Assembly (NCBI GenBank): GCA_040900055.1
Contig: JBBDZU010000007.1
Coordinates: 169,705 to 233,704, forward strand
Direction of reading: 5' to 3'
DNA length: 64,000 nucleotides
DNA from: Candidatus Saccharimonadales bacterium
GTDB lineage: Bacteria > Patescibacteriota > Saccharimonadia > Saccharimonadales > UBA10212
The notes under the pieces were generated by a model. It was not told the origin of the DNA, did no database searches, and worked only from the letters and a program-made list of their open reading frames with translations. Each line of letters opens with the position of its first letter. The first letter of the stretch is position 1. The translations under genes were made by a program, and so were the position numbers. This document shows positions 17,187 through 26,460 of this stretch, in pieces.

Positions 17187-18449
17187 TCAAGATAGTTCTT
17201 TAATCTTGTCGGCAAACCATCTGGCACTTTGGCGAACAGTCCGCTTCATACCCTGCTCTTTATCCACCTCTACTAGGCCAAACTTAGGCCACCAACCCTC
17301 GGCCCATTCGAAGTTATCTAACAGGCTCCAATGCAAATACCCTTTGACTTCTACGCCCTCACTTATGGCTCTTTGCATAGACACAATGGTTTCTTCTATC
17401 CACCACTGGCGATATTTGTCATTCATATCGGCCAGTCCATTCTCACTGACTAAAATTGGTTTCTTAAACCGCGTCCATGTCCTAATTAGCAGAGGGTAAA
17501 GCCCTTCGGGTTCCATATACCAGCCTAGGTCGTTTATAGGTAACTTGGGGTTCTTGCGCTTAAAGGCGCCTGTGTAATAGTCGGTAAAATAATAGTTAAT
17601 GCCAATAAAATCCTGCTGCCTTCGAATCCGGAGCAAAAACCACCAATTCCAAAAATATCTCATTAGCTTTGTAGAAAACCTATCTGCCAAATTATTGGGC
17701 CGCTTGGCCTGAATATTAGCCAGTTGCGCCGCTATACCTACTTGAAGCTCTGGATTCATATCTTTTATGCGACCGTAAGCCCGACGATGAGCCTTTGCTA
17801 GATTAAAGTACACTTTTAGGGCATTAATCAGACTTCTCTGCCCCGGCGGCCAGTCTTTAACCAAATAGCCTTTGCTCATGTAAACGCTAGGCTCGTTTAA
17901 GGTAATAATGTACTTTAGGTCTGAGCCGTATTCTTGAATGATTTTTTCGCTAAACCTAACAAAGTAATCAATATTGGCCCTTTTCTCAAAGCCGCCCTTA
18001 GCGGTGAACCAGGTTGGCATTGTCCAGTGCCAGATGTTTAGGATTGGCTCAATGTCGCGCTTTTTTAACTCCTCTATATATTCCCGGTAATGTTTGATCT
18101 CGTCTTCGTCCCAACTGCCCTCTGCCGGTTCGATTCGCGACCATTCAATGCTAAAGCGAAAGGCGTTTAGGTTAAGCTGCTTTAATAAATCAAAATCCTC
18201 TTTATAGCGAGTGTAGTGCTCCACCCCCTTGCCTGAAATATAATTTTTAGGATTTTGAGCTAGCTCTTTTATTTCGCCCCAAACCGGCACGTTTTTAAGA
18301 CGCACATCGGCCGTTTTAGCTAGCCGTTCAGCATTTTGCTGTTCCCAAACCGTCCACTGGTTTTGATTGCCTCCTTCTACCTGGTGACCGGCAGTAGACG
18401 CCCCCCATAAAAAATCTTTGGGGAAGCTTGTTTTATTTTGTTGGGACAT
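17187..18449 (-). CDS. Glycoside hydrolase family 1 (beta-glucosidase-like)
   Basis: 420 aa. Acid/base TLNEP and nucleophile VSENG motifs. N-terminal FLWGASTAGHQVEG. Confidence 0.9.
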   Translation of the reverse strand: MSQQNKTSFPKDFLWGASTAGHQVEGGNQNQWTVWEQQNAERLAKTADVRLKNVPVWGEIKELAQNPKNYISGKGVEHYTRYKEDFDLLKQLNLNAFRFSIEWSRIEPAEGSWDEDEIKHYREYIEELKKRDIEPILNIWHWTMPTWFTAKGGFEKRANIDYFVRFSEKIIQEYGSDLKYIITLNEPSVYMSKGYLVKDWPPGQRSLINALKVYFNLAKAHRRAYGRIKDMNPELQVGIAAQLANIQAKRPNNLADRFSTKLMRYFWNWWFLLRIRRQQDFIGINYYFTDYYTGAFKRKNPKLPINDLGWYMEPEGLYPLLIRTWTRFKKPILVSENGLADMNDKYRQWWIEETIVSMQRAISEGVEVKGYLHWSLLDNFEWAEGWWPKFGLVEVDKEQGMKRTVRQSARWFADKIKELS

Positions 18450-18470
18450 TTGCCCCTATTGTAACAAAGG

Positions 18471-19493
18471 CTAAGGAGTTTGCTGGATTTCTTGAGCGAA
18501 CTCTGTAATCATTTTATCGACAGCTAGTTTCCAATTTTTACTTCTCCACAAAAACGTTACGCCGCCCACGGCAACCGCACCTAACCGCATTCGATAGGCC
18601 ATCTCCCTGCCGGAGTCGACGCCCAACTCGCTAGCTACAGCAATCCCGCTACCTTCTAGCTCGAGCTGCCAATTATTTAGCTGCTCTCGAGCAATAATTT
18701 TGACTCTAGCCGATGTGCCGCTAAGGCTTGCCATGTGGCCGTTTATTTCTCTTTGGTGTGGAATAGTATTCGAGGCTACGATAGTTTGAAAAGCCCGGCT
18801 TCCTTTAAATACGCTTGCCATGCTTGGCAGCCATGGTTCACTCATACTTTTAATGTAGTCGGGAATAGTAATGCCCAGCCATGATTCGTGATGGGTGTAT
18901 AGTTCGGGCGGCATTTTGGCCATCAGTCGTTCATGTTCTGCCGGGCCAAATTTAATATAAAATTCCGAGACTGCCTTATCCATAGCTTCTAAGTCATACC
19001 CCATAATAGGTGCATAGTTACCACCAATATCTGTGATATGCGGACAACTAAAATTAACCTCCACACCATCTACGTCAGTCTCTAGAAAATCGTGAGCCAA
19101 TTCTAGGGCTTGCTCGGTAGAAGAGCTGCCATCGGACGTCTCCATTGGCGACACGCTAGCTATGAGTAGCTTGCCTTTTTCGTGAGCAATATACGCCAGC
19201 TTGTTAATTAGTTTGAGGGCATTTGACCGACCAATATTTGGTAGTAACATGCGGTTATAAGTTTCACCTGTCTCTTGATCATGATGAAAAATTTCTAACC
19301 CTTCTTGTCGCGACAGCGTAAATGAGCCGACTTTAATTGCCCCTATTCTGGTAGCGGCCAGAGTTTCTACCTCGCGAGTGATATTATCTTCGCTTGTCCC
19401 GTTTATGGAGCCGGCCGCATTTTGTAAAGGCGACTCAACTTCTTTCCCAACAAAAAAGTAAGATTGCTCGGAGGGCTCAGGCAGTCTGCTCAT
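18471..19493 (-). CDS. Dihydroorotate dehydrogenase class-1-like FMN TIM-barrel protein
   Basis: 340 aa. NAAGS, GAIKVGS, NRMLLPNIG, VNFSCPH, AKMPPE and GAVAVGG line up with PyrD family motifs (by eye). Confidence 0.7.
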   Translation of the reverse strand: MSRLPEPSEQSYFFVGKEVESPLQNAAGSINGTSEDNITREVETLAATRIGAIKVGSFTLSRQEGLEIFHHDQETGETYNRMLLPNIGRSNALKLINKLAYIAHEKGKLLIASVSPMETSDGSSSTEQALELAHDFLETDVDGVEVNFSCPHITDIGGNYAPIMGYDLEAMDKAVSEFYIKFGPAEHERLMAKMPPELYTHHESWLGITIPDYIKSMSEPWLPSMASVFKGSRAFQTIVASNTIPHQREINGHMASLSGTSARVKIIAREQLNNWQLELEGSGIAVASELGVDSGREMAYRMRLGAVAVGGVTFLWRSKNWKLAVDKMITEFAQEIQQTP

Positions 19494-20529
19494 TTAATGT
19501 CGGATTAAACTCTTCAATTTTAAGGAAAAGCTTTCCTAAAAGCTGTAAGTACGAAGTACCTGTGCGTGTGTTTACTCCTTCTTCCATTTGATCAATGAAA
19601 AGACCCGATGGATGATGGGTAAGCTCTACAGAAAGTTCTTGTTTTCTAGGGAACGGGTGCATAATTCGCACTCCCCGTTCTTCGATAATTCTCAAGACCG
19701 GAGAGTCGGGTGTAATTTGGGTTTCTTTTAAGTACTCTTCTTCCTTTTTTGCGATCCGGTGCTGATAATCCTCTTTGCTTTCCCCTCCCTCTTTTGGGAT
19801 TCTTTCTGTTTGATGTCGGTTCATATAGATAATCTGGGCTTTTTGGGCAGCTTTTGAAATATCATGCATGACTTCAAAAGAAACATTTCTTTGCTTGAGC
19901 TTTTCAACATATTCAGGCTCAAGCTCCATACCGGGGGGAGTAGAGAATATATGGTGAGTATCATAGTAGGCAAGTAAGTTCAGGAGAGAATGCGCGGTAC
20001 GCGCCTTAGCGGGATCTCCCACGTAGGCGGTAGTCAGGCCGTCAAATTTCCCAAATGTTTTTTTAATTGTTTGACCATCTAAAATGGCCTGCGAGGGATG
20101 CTCGTTCTTGCCATCGCCACAGTTAACAATAATTGCCCTACGTGTATATTGGGCTGCTTTTTCGGCAGCGCCTTCTGTATCCGACCTAAAAAAGATGAGC
20201 TGGTAATCGAGCGCATCAAATGTTAAAAAAGTATCTTCCCAAGTCTCACCTTTTAGAAGAGATAGGGTATCCGCAGGGTGTGGTTCTTGGAAAGCTACTA
20301 CGCCAAGTCTTGCACAGGCTCGTAACGAACTGTAGCGTGTTCTTGCTGAGGGCTCTACAAATAAGGCAAGTGCTGCTGCACCGCGCGGATGGGCTTTTTT
20401 TATTCTCCTTTTGGCTCTTTCGAGTTCTCTGGGCTTTTGCAGCCTTACGGTTGTTTCAGAAATTCTCTCAAATACTTCTGGTGTTATCTGCGATCCAGAA
20501 AGTAGATGTTGCGGCACTTCAGAGCTCAT
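19477..20529 (-). CDS. pyrB: Aspartate carbamoyltransferase catalytic-chain-like protein
   Basis: 350 aa. FVEPSARTRYS (STRTR-like), LKGETWEDT, GDGKNEHPSQAILD, MNRHQTER, MHPFPR. Confidence 0.8.
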   Translation of the reverse strand: MSSEVPQHLLSGSQITPEVFERISETTVRLQKPRELERAKRRIKKAHPRGAAALALFVEPSARTRYSSLRACARLGVVAFQEPHPADTLSLLKGETWEDTFLTFDALDYQLIFFRSDTEGAAEKAAQYTRRAIIVNCGDGKNEHPSQAILDGQTIKKTFGKFDGLTTAYVGDPAKARTAHSLLNLLAYYDTHHIFSTPPGMELEPEYVEKLKQRNVSFEVMHDISKAAQKAQIIYMNRHQTERIPKEGGESKEDYQHRIAKKEEEYLKETQITPDSPVLRIIEERGVRIMHPFPRKQELSVELTHHPSGLFIDQMEEGVNTRTGTSYLQLLGKLFLKIEEFNPTLNEQTA

Positions 20530-20591
20530 TGATAACTAATATAGACTTGCTCTAAAAAAGAGCAAGCATGAGCGTGAAAGAAAACTAAAGC

Positions 20592-21023
20592 CTAGAGCCC
20601 TACCCAACCAATGGCTGCGCCCATGGCTAGGAAGGCGACCAGTTGATTGCCAACATTCAAAACCGTGAGCTTTCTGGAGCGCTGTTCAAAGGCACCGTGA
20701 ACGACAAGGGTCGTTGCAGCCACACCTAACCACAGCCAAAAGGCCGTGCTCATAGCGGCATTCATAAACGAGTTACCAAAAAACTGGTAAGACAAGTATG
20801 CCACGTGAGCGAGCACATAAGCCGTTAAAAGAGATGTCACGACGGCTATAAACATCGGCATCCACCCGCCTTCTCTCATTTTTTTCTCGTCCATTTTAGT
20901 AAGACTCATCCAAGTCTTGCCAAAGACCGCTTTTGAGTACCATAGGCTGCCTACAACCATAGAGGCGGCTGCAGCCGCCAAAACCCCTACCATATTAATT
21001 TCTACTTCCATAGCACCTCCCAT
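20592..21023 (-). CDS. DUF1761-like small membrane protein
   Basis: 143 aa with four predicted TM helices and the LWYSKAVFGKTW motif. Confidence 0.6.
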   Translation of the reverse strand: MGGAMEVEINMVGVLAAAAASMVVGSLWYSKAVFGKTWMSLTKMDEKKMREGGWMPMFIAVVTSLLTAYVLAHVAYLSYQFFGNSFMNAAMSTAFWLWLGVAATTLVVHGAFEQRSRKLTVLNVGNQLVAFLAMGAAIGWVGL

Positions 21024-21071
21024 TTATATTTTTAAATATGCTCCTAATGCCTCGTTAAGGCAAGATATAGG

Positions 21072-21434
21072 CTAGGCTTCAAAAATGCTAAAGGAATTGC
21101 CTTCGGTATCTTTGCAGTAACAATATTTCTTGTCACCCATTGCAATAACGTCGGTAGTTAGCTTACCACCAGCTTTTTCTATTTTTTGGCGGGCTTTGTT
21201 TATGTCGTCCACATCAATAGAGCAAACAAAAGCATTATGACCGCCTACTCCTCGGTGACCCCTGCGCGGCATTAAGCCACCATTGATGCCGGTTTTTTCC
21301 TTATTGCCGGTATAGATCACCCAATAATCCTGACTGCTTACTTTTTCTATCTTCCAATCTAATGCCTGTTCGTAGAACTTTTTAGCACGCTTTGCGTCGT
21401 CAACGGCTATTTCAAAATGTATTACTCGTCCCAT
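21072..21434 (-). CDS. VOC/glyoxalase-family protein
   Basis: 120 aa. The HFEIAVDD start and beta-alpha-beta-beta-beta pattern are typical of VOC proteins. Confidence 0.75.
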   Translation of the reverse strand: MGRVIHFEIAVDDAKRAKKFYEQALDWKIEKVSSQDYWVIYTGNKEKTGINGGLMPRRGHRGVGGHNAFVCSIDVDDINKARQKIEKAGGKLTTDVIAMGDKKYCYCKDTEGNSFSIFEA

Positions 21435-21724
21435 TAAGCCTCGCTCCCTCCTTCTTGTGCTAGTTTTTCTTCGCCAATTTCGCGGGCCCTACCCACAACT
21501 GCTTGATAAACGTCATTGTCCGGATAGCGATCTTGTAAAAATGTAATCGCTTTGACGCCGTCAAAACCAGATTCCTCTTCTGCTATTTCAAAAACCTGCT
21601 TTTTTAGTTCTTCGTCGCCTAGCTTTTCGACCCACTCGATAACAGCTTCCCTGATGTTCGCGGATACTTCCTGGCCCATGCGGATGGTTTGCTCATTCTC
21701 CATTTTGTCTCGCTCTCTACCCAC
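21434..21724 (-). CDS. Hypothetical acidic protein
   Basis: 96-aa ORF chained by short overlaps to glyQS (8 nt) and the VOC gene (1 nt). Confidence 0.55.
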   Translation of the reverse strand: MGRERDKMENEQTIRMGQEVSANIREAVIEWVEKLGDEELKKQVFEIAEEESGFDGVKAITFLQDRYPDNDVYQAVVGRAREIGEEKLAQEGGSEA

Positions 21725-23171
21725 CCAGTAATTTTGCTAGCTTCGTAAGGGGAACTCTTTCTTGTTTAGTCGTATCGCGATTACGAATCGTCACGTCGTT
21801 AGCTTTAAGCGAGTCAAAGTCGATTGTTATGCAATGAGGGGTGCCGATCTCGTCTTGGCGGCGATAGCGTTTGCCAATGTTGCCGTTGTCATCCCACATA
21901 ACGTTGCCGATTTCTTTCTTTAGAGTTGTATAAACTTCACGGGCTTTTTTAACTAACTCGGGCTTGTTCTTAAGAAGCGGGAAGACCGCTATCTTTATTG
22001 GTGCTATGTGCTCAGGTAGTTTGAGAAGGACCCGCTTTTCTCCGCCCTGCTCGTCCTCGGCATATGTAGAGCTCAAAACTGCCAACACTAAACGCTCTAT
22101 ACCAAAAGTGGGCTCCAGCACATGTGGCACGAATGCCTCACCACCATCTTTGGGTTGATATGCCAGATTCTTCCCACTATGTTTGATGTGCGCTTGAAGA
22201 TCAAAATCGGTGCGGTACGCCAAACCCGTAAGTTCTTTTTTGCCAAAGGGATAATCAAACTCCCAATCAATGGTTTTTTTACTGTAGTGGGAGCGGTCTT
22301 TGTCTGGGTGCTCAAACTTATGAAGTTTCTTAGGGTCTATTCCAATATGGTCTAAGTACTCCGCTTGCTGGTCTAACCAATAATCAAAAACTTTTTGCCA
22401 TCCGCCAGCGGCCGGAGTCTTTGGATTGAAAAAGTACTCAATTTCCATCATTTCCATTTCGCGGTCACGAAAGATAAAGTCACGTGGGCTTATTTCGTTT
22501 CGAAAAGCCTTACCGATTTGGGCAATGCCAAACGGCATGTCCGGCTGGAAGCTATCAACGACGTTTTTAAAATTTGTGAATATTCCCTGCGCAGTCTCCG
22601 GCCGTAGATAAGCTTCATTCTCCTCGCCCTCAACCGGCCCTATGCTAGTCTTGAACATTAAATTGAATGCTTTAGAGGGAACATATTCTGAAAATTTAGA
22701 ACAATTTGGGCATTTGACCTTGCCCTCAATATAAGACTCGTCTCGGGCTTGAGCGGCTTTAGCTAAATCGCTCTCATCCGAAAAACCATGTATTGATCTA
22801 TAAGAATCTACCCATTTTTCTAACCATAAAGCATCATTTTGTTTTGTCGGTGGCTTATTTGGGAATCTATCAGCGCGAAAACGTGCTTTACACTTCTTGC
22901 ACTCAACTAATGGGTCGGCAAAATTAGCTAAGTGGCCGCTGGCTTGCCAAACTTTGGAATTCATGAGAATTGCTGAGTCCAAAGGGTACATGTCGTCTCG
23001 CGACAAGACGAAATGCTCCCACCAAACATTTTGAATGTTTTGTTTGAGCATGACACCCAGTGGTCCCCAGTCCCATGTACCAGCCAATCCGCCGTAGATT
23101 TCACTGCCCTGATAAATAAAGCCGCGCCGTTTGCACAGGCTAACAATATCTTCCAGTTTCACTTGCGACAT
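21717..23171 (-). CDS. glyQS: Glycine--tRNA ligase (dimeric class II type)
   Basis: 484 aa. SEIYGGLAGTWDWGPLG and YLRPETAQGIF motifs. Confidence 0.95.
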   Translation of the reverse strand: MSQVKLEDIVSLCKRRGFIYQGSEIYGGLAGTWDWGPLGVMLKQNIQNVWWEHFVLSRDDMYPLDSAILMNSKVWQASGHLANFADPLVECKKCKARFRADRFPNKPPTKQNDALWLEKWVDSYRSIHGFSDESDLAKAAQARDESYIEGKVKCPNCSKFSEYVPSKAFNLMFKTSIGPVEGEENEAYLRPETAQGIFTNFKNVVDSFQPDMPFGIAQIGKAFRNEISPRDFIFRDREMEMMEIEYFFNPKTPAAGGWQKVFDYWLDQQAEYLDHIGIDPKKLHKFEHPDKDRSHYSKKTIDWEFDYPFGKKELTGLAYRTDFDLQAHIKHSGKNLAYQPKDGGEAFVPHVLEPTFGIERLVLAVLSSTYAEDEQGGEKRVLLKLPEHIAPIKIAVFPLLKNKPELVKKAREVYTTLKKEIGNVMWDDNGNIGKRYRRQDEIGTPHCITIDFDSLKANDVTIRNRDTTKQERVPLTKLAKLLGG

Positions 23172-23181
23172 CTTATCTAAA

Positions 23182-23210
23182 ATTATACCTGTAGCGAACT
23201 TTTAGGTCTA
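23182..23210 (-). promoter_or_regulatory. Promoter placed for a (near-)leaderless glyQS mRNA
   Basis: Minus strand reads TAGACC, 17-nt spacer, TATAAT (23187..23182). Only 10 nt separate the -10 box from the ATG at 23171. Confidence 0.45.
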
Positions 23211-23308
23211 TTAAGGGAAAGGTAGTAGCGCCGGTTCGGCCTTAGTCGAATCTGGATTTACTCCAGAAGGCGCGTTGAAGGAAAACCGCAGGTTGTCCTT
23301 CAAAGTTC

Positions 23309-24007
23309 TTATACCCGAACGTAGGAATTGAGCATAGCTTGGATAAGGGGTTGGGTCTCGCCGGCTAAGGCCTCTACCCCGCTGACACGCGTCAATACTT
23401 TAGGACGCTGGGCCGAGAAGCCGAGCCGTAAAAACTTTATATGCTGTGCGCTATATGGCCCCTGGTCGGACAATTGCGGCACAAAGTGCATATGGTCCAT
23501 ATGGAAGCTATAAGTTCCCGAGATTTTTAGCTTAGCGCCCGACTTATCGCTATCTAGGTTAGGGCTATGACCGGTTAGTTTAAGCAATTGCATCCTAAAC
23601 CATAAATCGGTTAGCGACTGTTCAATTTGCTTGTCATCTAACGCTTCCAGGCCGATCCTAAGCAAATCAAAATAAGCTGGCTCGGCAGCATCCTCGACAG
23701 CCCGATTAACCATTTTAAGCAGCTCAAAGCCTAAGCTAGTGCGGCCAAGGTCTTTAACGATGTTGCCGTAGTGTTTTACCAGACGGGCTGAAATTAAAGT
23801 GTCTATCCCGCTCCGCCCAGGAATTAAGGTTAGGTCGCTAACACTAAACAGCTCAATACTACCAGCAAGTTTGGCCTTAGATTTGCGCACGCCTTTAGCC
23901 ATAGCTTTGACCTTGCCATGGTCTGGCGTTAAAAAAGTTAAGATTCTATCGGCCTCGCCGAAGTCCGTCCGAGCCAATACTATGCCGGTTGTAGTATAGC
24001 GCTGCAT
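23309..24007 (-). CDS. recO: DNA repair protein RecO
   Basis: 232 aa. N-terminal OB-fold pattern TTGIVLARTDFGEADRILTFLT. Confidence 0.85.
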   Translation of the reverse strand: MQRYTTTGIVLARTDFGEADRILTFLTPDHGKVKAMAKGVRKSKAKLAGSIELFSVSDLTLIPGRSGIDTLISARLVKHYGNIVKDLGRTSLGFELLKMVNRAVEDAAEPAYFDLLRIGLEALDDKQIEQSLTDLWFRMQLLKLTGHSPNLDSDKSGAKLKISGTYSFHMDHMHFVPQLSDQGPYSAQHIKFLRLGFSAQRPKVLTRVSGVEALAGETQPLIQAMLNSYVRV

Positions 24008-24012
24008 AGATT

Positions 24013-24393
24013 CTAGGCTGTGGCTAAAGCCAGGTTAACGCCTGCAGCTAAAGTTTTAAGAGAAGTGGCCGTTTTAGAATAAACCGCTGCAATATTGAGT
24101 TCTAGTACCGCTCCCAGTGGCAGGGTCACTTTATCTGCCGGGATATTACTAAAAATTATTACCGGTAGTCGTTGCCACTCTGGGTAGCTTCTAAATTCAT
24201 ATAGGAACTCGGCGGCACTTCTGCCGGCCAGAAGTAAATCTAAAATTACTAGATCGGGAGTATTAGCATCGGCGCTAATGATGGCCGACTGAGGGTCGAC
24301 TCGCCAGTCGACCTGGTGTCCTTGATTTTTTAAAATCTTTCGGACATTAGCGGCAATAAGTTTATCGGCCTCGATTAATAAAATCCTTGCCAC
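24013..24393 (-). CDS. Single-domain response-regulator receiver protein
   Basis: 126 aa. ILLIEAD, DLVILDLLL (phospho-acceptor Asp context) and VIIFSN. No output domain. Confidence 0.85.
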   Translation of the reverse strand: MARILLIEADKLIAANVRKILKNQGHQVDWRVDPQSAIISADANTPDLVILDLLLAGRSAAEFLYEFRSYPEWQRLPVIIFSNIPADKVTLPLGAVLELNIAAVYSKTATSLKTLAAGVNLALATA

Positions 24394-24406
24394 TCAGGTG
24401 CTCTAA

Positions 24407-25150
24407 TTAAACAAACTTTAGTTGTTTAGAGGCCGGAATGGCCGTAGCCAAGCCTGGGATATTACGATGGGCCGAGGCCCTAAGCGGCTGCCACATTAAA
24501 CTACAAAGCATATCGGCAATTAGCACGCCGCTGGCTGCTCCAGGCGGTAAAGCCGGCAGTGGCTGGCGGGCCCGCCCCACCAGGCCGCGGGCGGCTCGGA
24601 GCGTTTTATCACTTAAACCGTTAACATTGCCATAAACACCGGCAGCTATACCATTGTCTATGGAACGATGAGCCCCCAAAACAATACGGTATCGACTAGC
24701 TTGAGATTGAGCAGCCTGGGCTCGCAATAGACTAGTGCTTAGGACCTCCATGGCCGAGAATAAACTAGGCTGATGAGCTAGTACTGGCCTGAGTCGGCCA
24801 GCCACATCAACCTCAATGACTGTCGAATACTGTTTGGCGTAAGGGCTTATGCGATGAGCAACTTCATCTAATACTGCACCGATTGCCAAGGGCTCTAGCG
24901 GCAAGCTGCCAGACTCGGCAGCAGCCAAAGCATGGCGGTAAGCCTCAATTAATCTTAATCCGGCTTCGGCTGATAGCGACATAGCCTCTGTGCTCTTTTT
25001 GACTCTGGCTTGATCAGGGTTTGCCTCTAATACCTCTAGTCCTGTTTTAACCTGTAGTAAGGGTAAGGCCAGATCATCGCTTAAGGCGATAAGCAGCGCA
25101 CGCTGTTGTTCCTGTTCCACAAGTTCAGATTTGGTTGAACGAAGCCTCAA
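24407..25150 (-). CDS. Soluble histidine-kinase-like protein with degenerate H, N, G1 and G2 boxes
   Basis: 247 aa. The H-box position reads LSDDLALPL instead of SHELRTPL. The N-box position reads STSLLRAQ. G-boxes are eroded (YGNVNGLS, GAASGVLIAD). Confidence 0.6.
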   Translation of the reverse strand: MRLRSTKSELVEQEQQRALLIALSDDLALPLLQVKTGLEVLEANPDQARVKKSTEAMSLSAEAGLRLIEAYRHALAAAESGSLPLEPLAIGAVLDEVAHRISPYAKQYSTVIEVDVAGRLRPVLAHQPSLFSAMEVLSTSLLRAQAAQSQASRYRIVLGAHRSIDNGIAAGVYGNVNGLSDKTLRAARGLVGRARQPLPALPPGAASGVLIADMLCSLMWQPLRASAHRNIPGLATAIPASKQLKFV

Positions 25151-25232
25151 AATACCCTCTTTTTGTCTGTTCTTTGGCTAATTATACACGCCCCTTATAG
25201 TCAATATAGTTGTAAAAAATGGCTGAGTATAT

Positions 25233-25901
25233 CTAGGGGACAAAAGTTAGGCTAGGAAGAACAATTTTTTCAAAATCAGCAATAAAATTTCGCGACTCGG
25301 TGTAAATTTTAAGGGTTTTATCTCGAACTTTGGCAACCACAATTGCCCCTTGAAGGCCTTCATCTAGCTCGCCATCCAGATAAAGCCCTGGTTGGGCTCC
25401 GCTGGCATTTTGCATTTTTGGTGAGATATAAGCTCTGGCCGTCAGTGAACCTTCTTCGATGGCTGAGCTAAACTCCTCAACCACCTGGCTGTATTCATCA
25501 TCGACAATTTCTACGCGTAGGGCGTAAGATGATTCTGCATCAACCGCTGGCACAAAGTCCGGATGGAAATAAGCGTCCAGCGGCGTGTCCACTGAGCTAG
25601 CAACGTAGGCGCTCCAGGTTTTTGGATAATCGAAGGTAACCGAACCATAAGTAGCTGAACCTTTGTAAGTCTTGTGCGGCGACTTGCTCTGCTCAGCAAA
25701 GTCTTTTTCCAATTTTGCAGCCTGAACAGCTTCGGCCTGCGCCACAGCTTGAGCTATTTTATTATCGACGTTATTTTTATAATCTTCCTTTGAGCCATAG
25801 AACAAAAATGCTGCGACTGCTGTGGTTATCAGCAAGACACTAAGCAGACCGATTGCCAGATAATACTTAAGGGGACGCGGTTGGCTCTGAAGAGGTGGCA
25901 T
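25233..25901 (-). CDS. Hypothetical membrane-anchored protein
   Basis: The ORF extends to 26015, but Met39 (25901) precedes the TM anchor YYLAIGLLSVLLITTAVAAFLF and avoids overlapping the upstream gene. Confidence 0.6.
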   Translation of the reverse strand: MPPLQSQPRPLKYYLAIGLLSVLLITTAVAAFLFYGSKEDYKNNVDNKIAQAVAQAEAVQAAKLEKDFAEQSKSPHKTYKGSATYGSVTFDYPKTWSAYVASSVDTPLDAYFHPDFVPAVDAESSYALRVEIVDDEYSQVVEEFSSAIEEGSLTARAYISPKMQNASGAQPGLYLDGELDEGLQGAIVVAKVRDKTLKIYTESRNFIADFEKIVLPSLTFVP

Positions 25902-25920
25902 ATAGCTTATGGTAAATGAG

Positions 25921-26460
25921 TTAGAGAAGGTGCGCAACCCTAACTGGCTGATACTGGTAAAGGAATAAAGCGTCTTTTTGAGTAGTTGGCTTACGGCCAG
26001 GAATCTTAAATGCATGGGAGACTACTTTAAGGCGGCGCGGCTTTTTTTGTTTGCTGAGAAAGCCATCCAGCCGCTTCATGTGCCGTTCGATTAAAAATAC
26101 ATAAACACCATCTGCCGCCGAAATATCGGCCCGCCAAAAACTTCCCCAAGTTACTTTCACCTGTTTACGGTAAGCTCTTGTGATAAGCCAAGCCGTAAAA
26201 GCTAAAAAGGGATTTAGCTCATAGCCCACCGCGTTTAGTCCCCTGCTGGCTGCGGCTCTAAGGAAGCGCCCATCACCGCAGCCTAGATCAACTACCGTTT
26301 GACCGTTTTTTAAATCTAGCAAATCAAGGGCATCTTCTTGAGTCTTTTTTAAAGTGGGCAAATAGGGCGCACCAAATAGTAGCACTGCGCCAAAACTTAG
26401 CGCTAAGGCAGTGGCGATGGCCCATGTGAGCCAAAAAATTATCGTTAAAATATCTAGCAT
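25921..26460 (-). CDS. Class I SAM-dependent methyltransferase with N-terminal TM helix
   Basis: 179 aa with motif I VVDLGCGDGRFL. Confidence 0.8.
   Translation of the reverse strand: MLDILTIIFWLTWAIATALALSFGAVLLFGAPYLPTLKKTQEDALDLLDLKNGQTVVDLGCGDGRFLRAAASRGLNAVGYELNPFLAFTAWLITRAYRKQVKVTWGSFWRADISAADGVYVFLIERHMKRLDGFLSKQKKPRRLKVVSHAFKIPGRKPTTQKDALFLYQYQPVRVAHLL

Noticed and set aside
19477-20529. Reading the carbamoyltransferase as an ornithine carbamoyltransferase of an arginine deiminase pathway.
   Set aside because: The second-substrate motifs are ATCase-type (RHQTER, HPFPR) rather than the OTCase-type DxxxSMG/HCLP. No arcA or arcC lies nearby.
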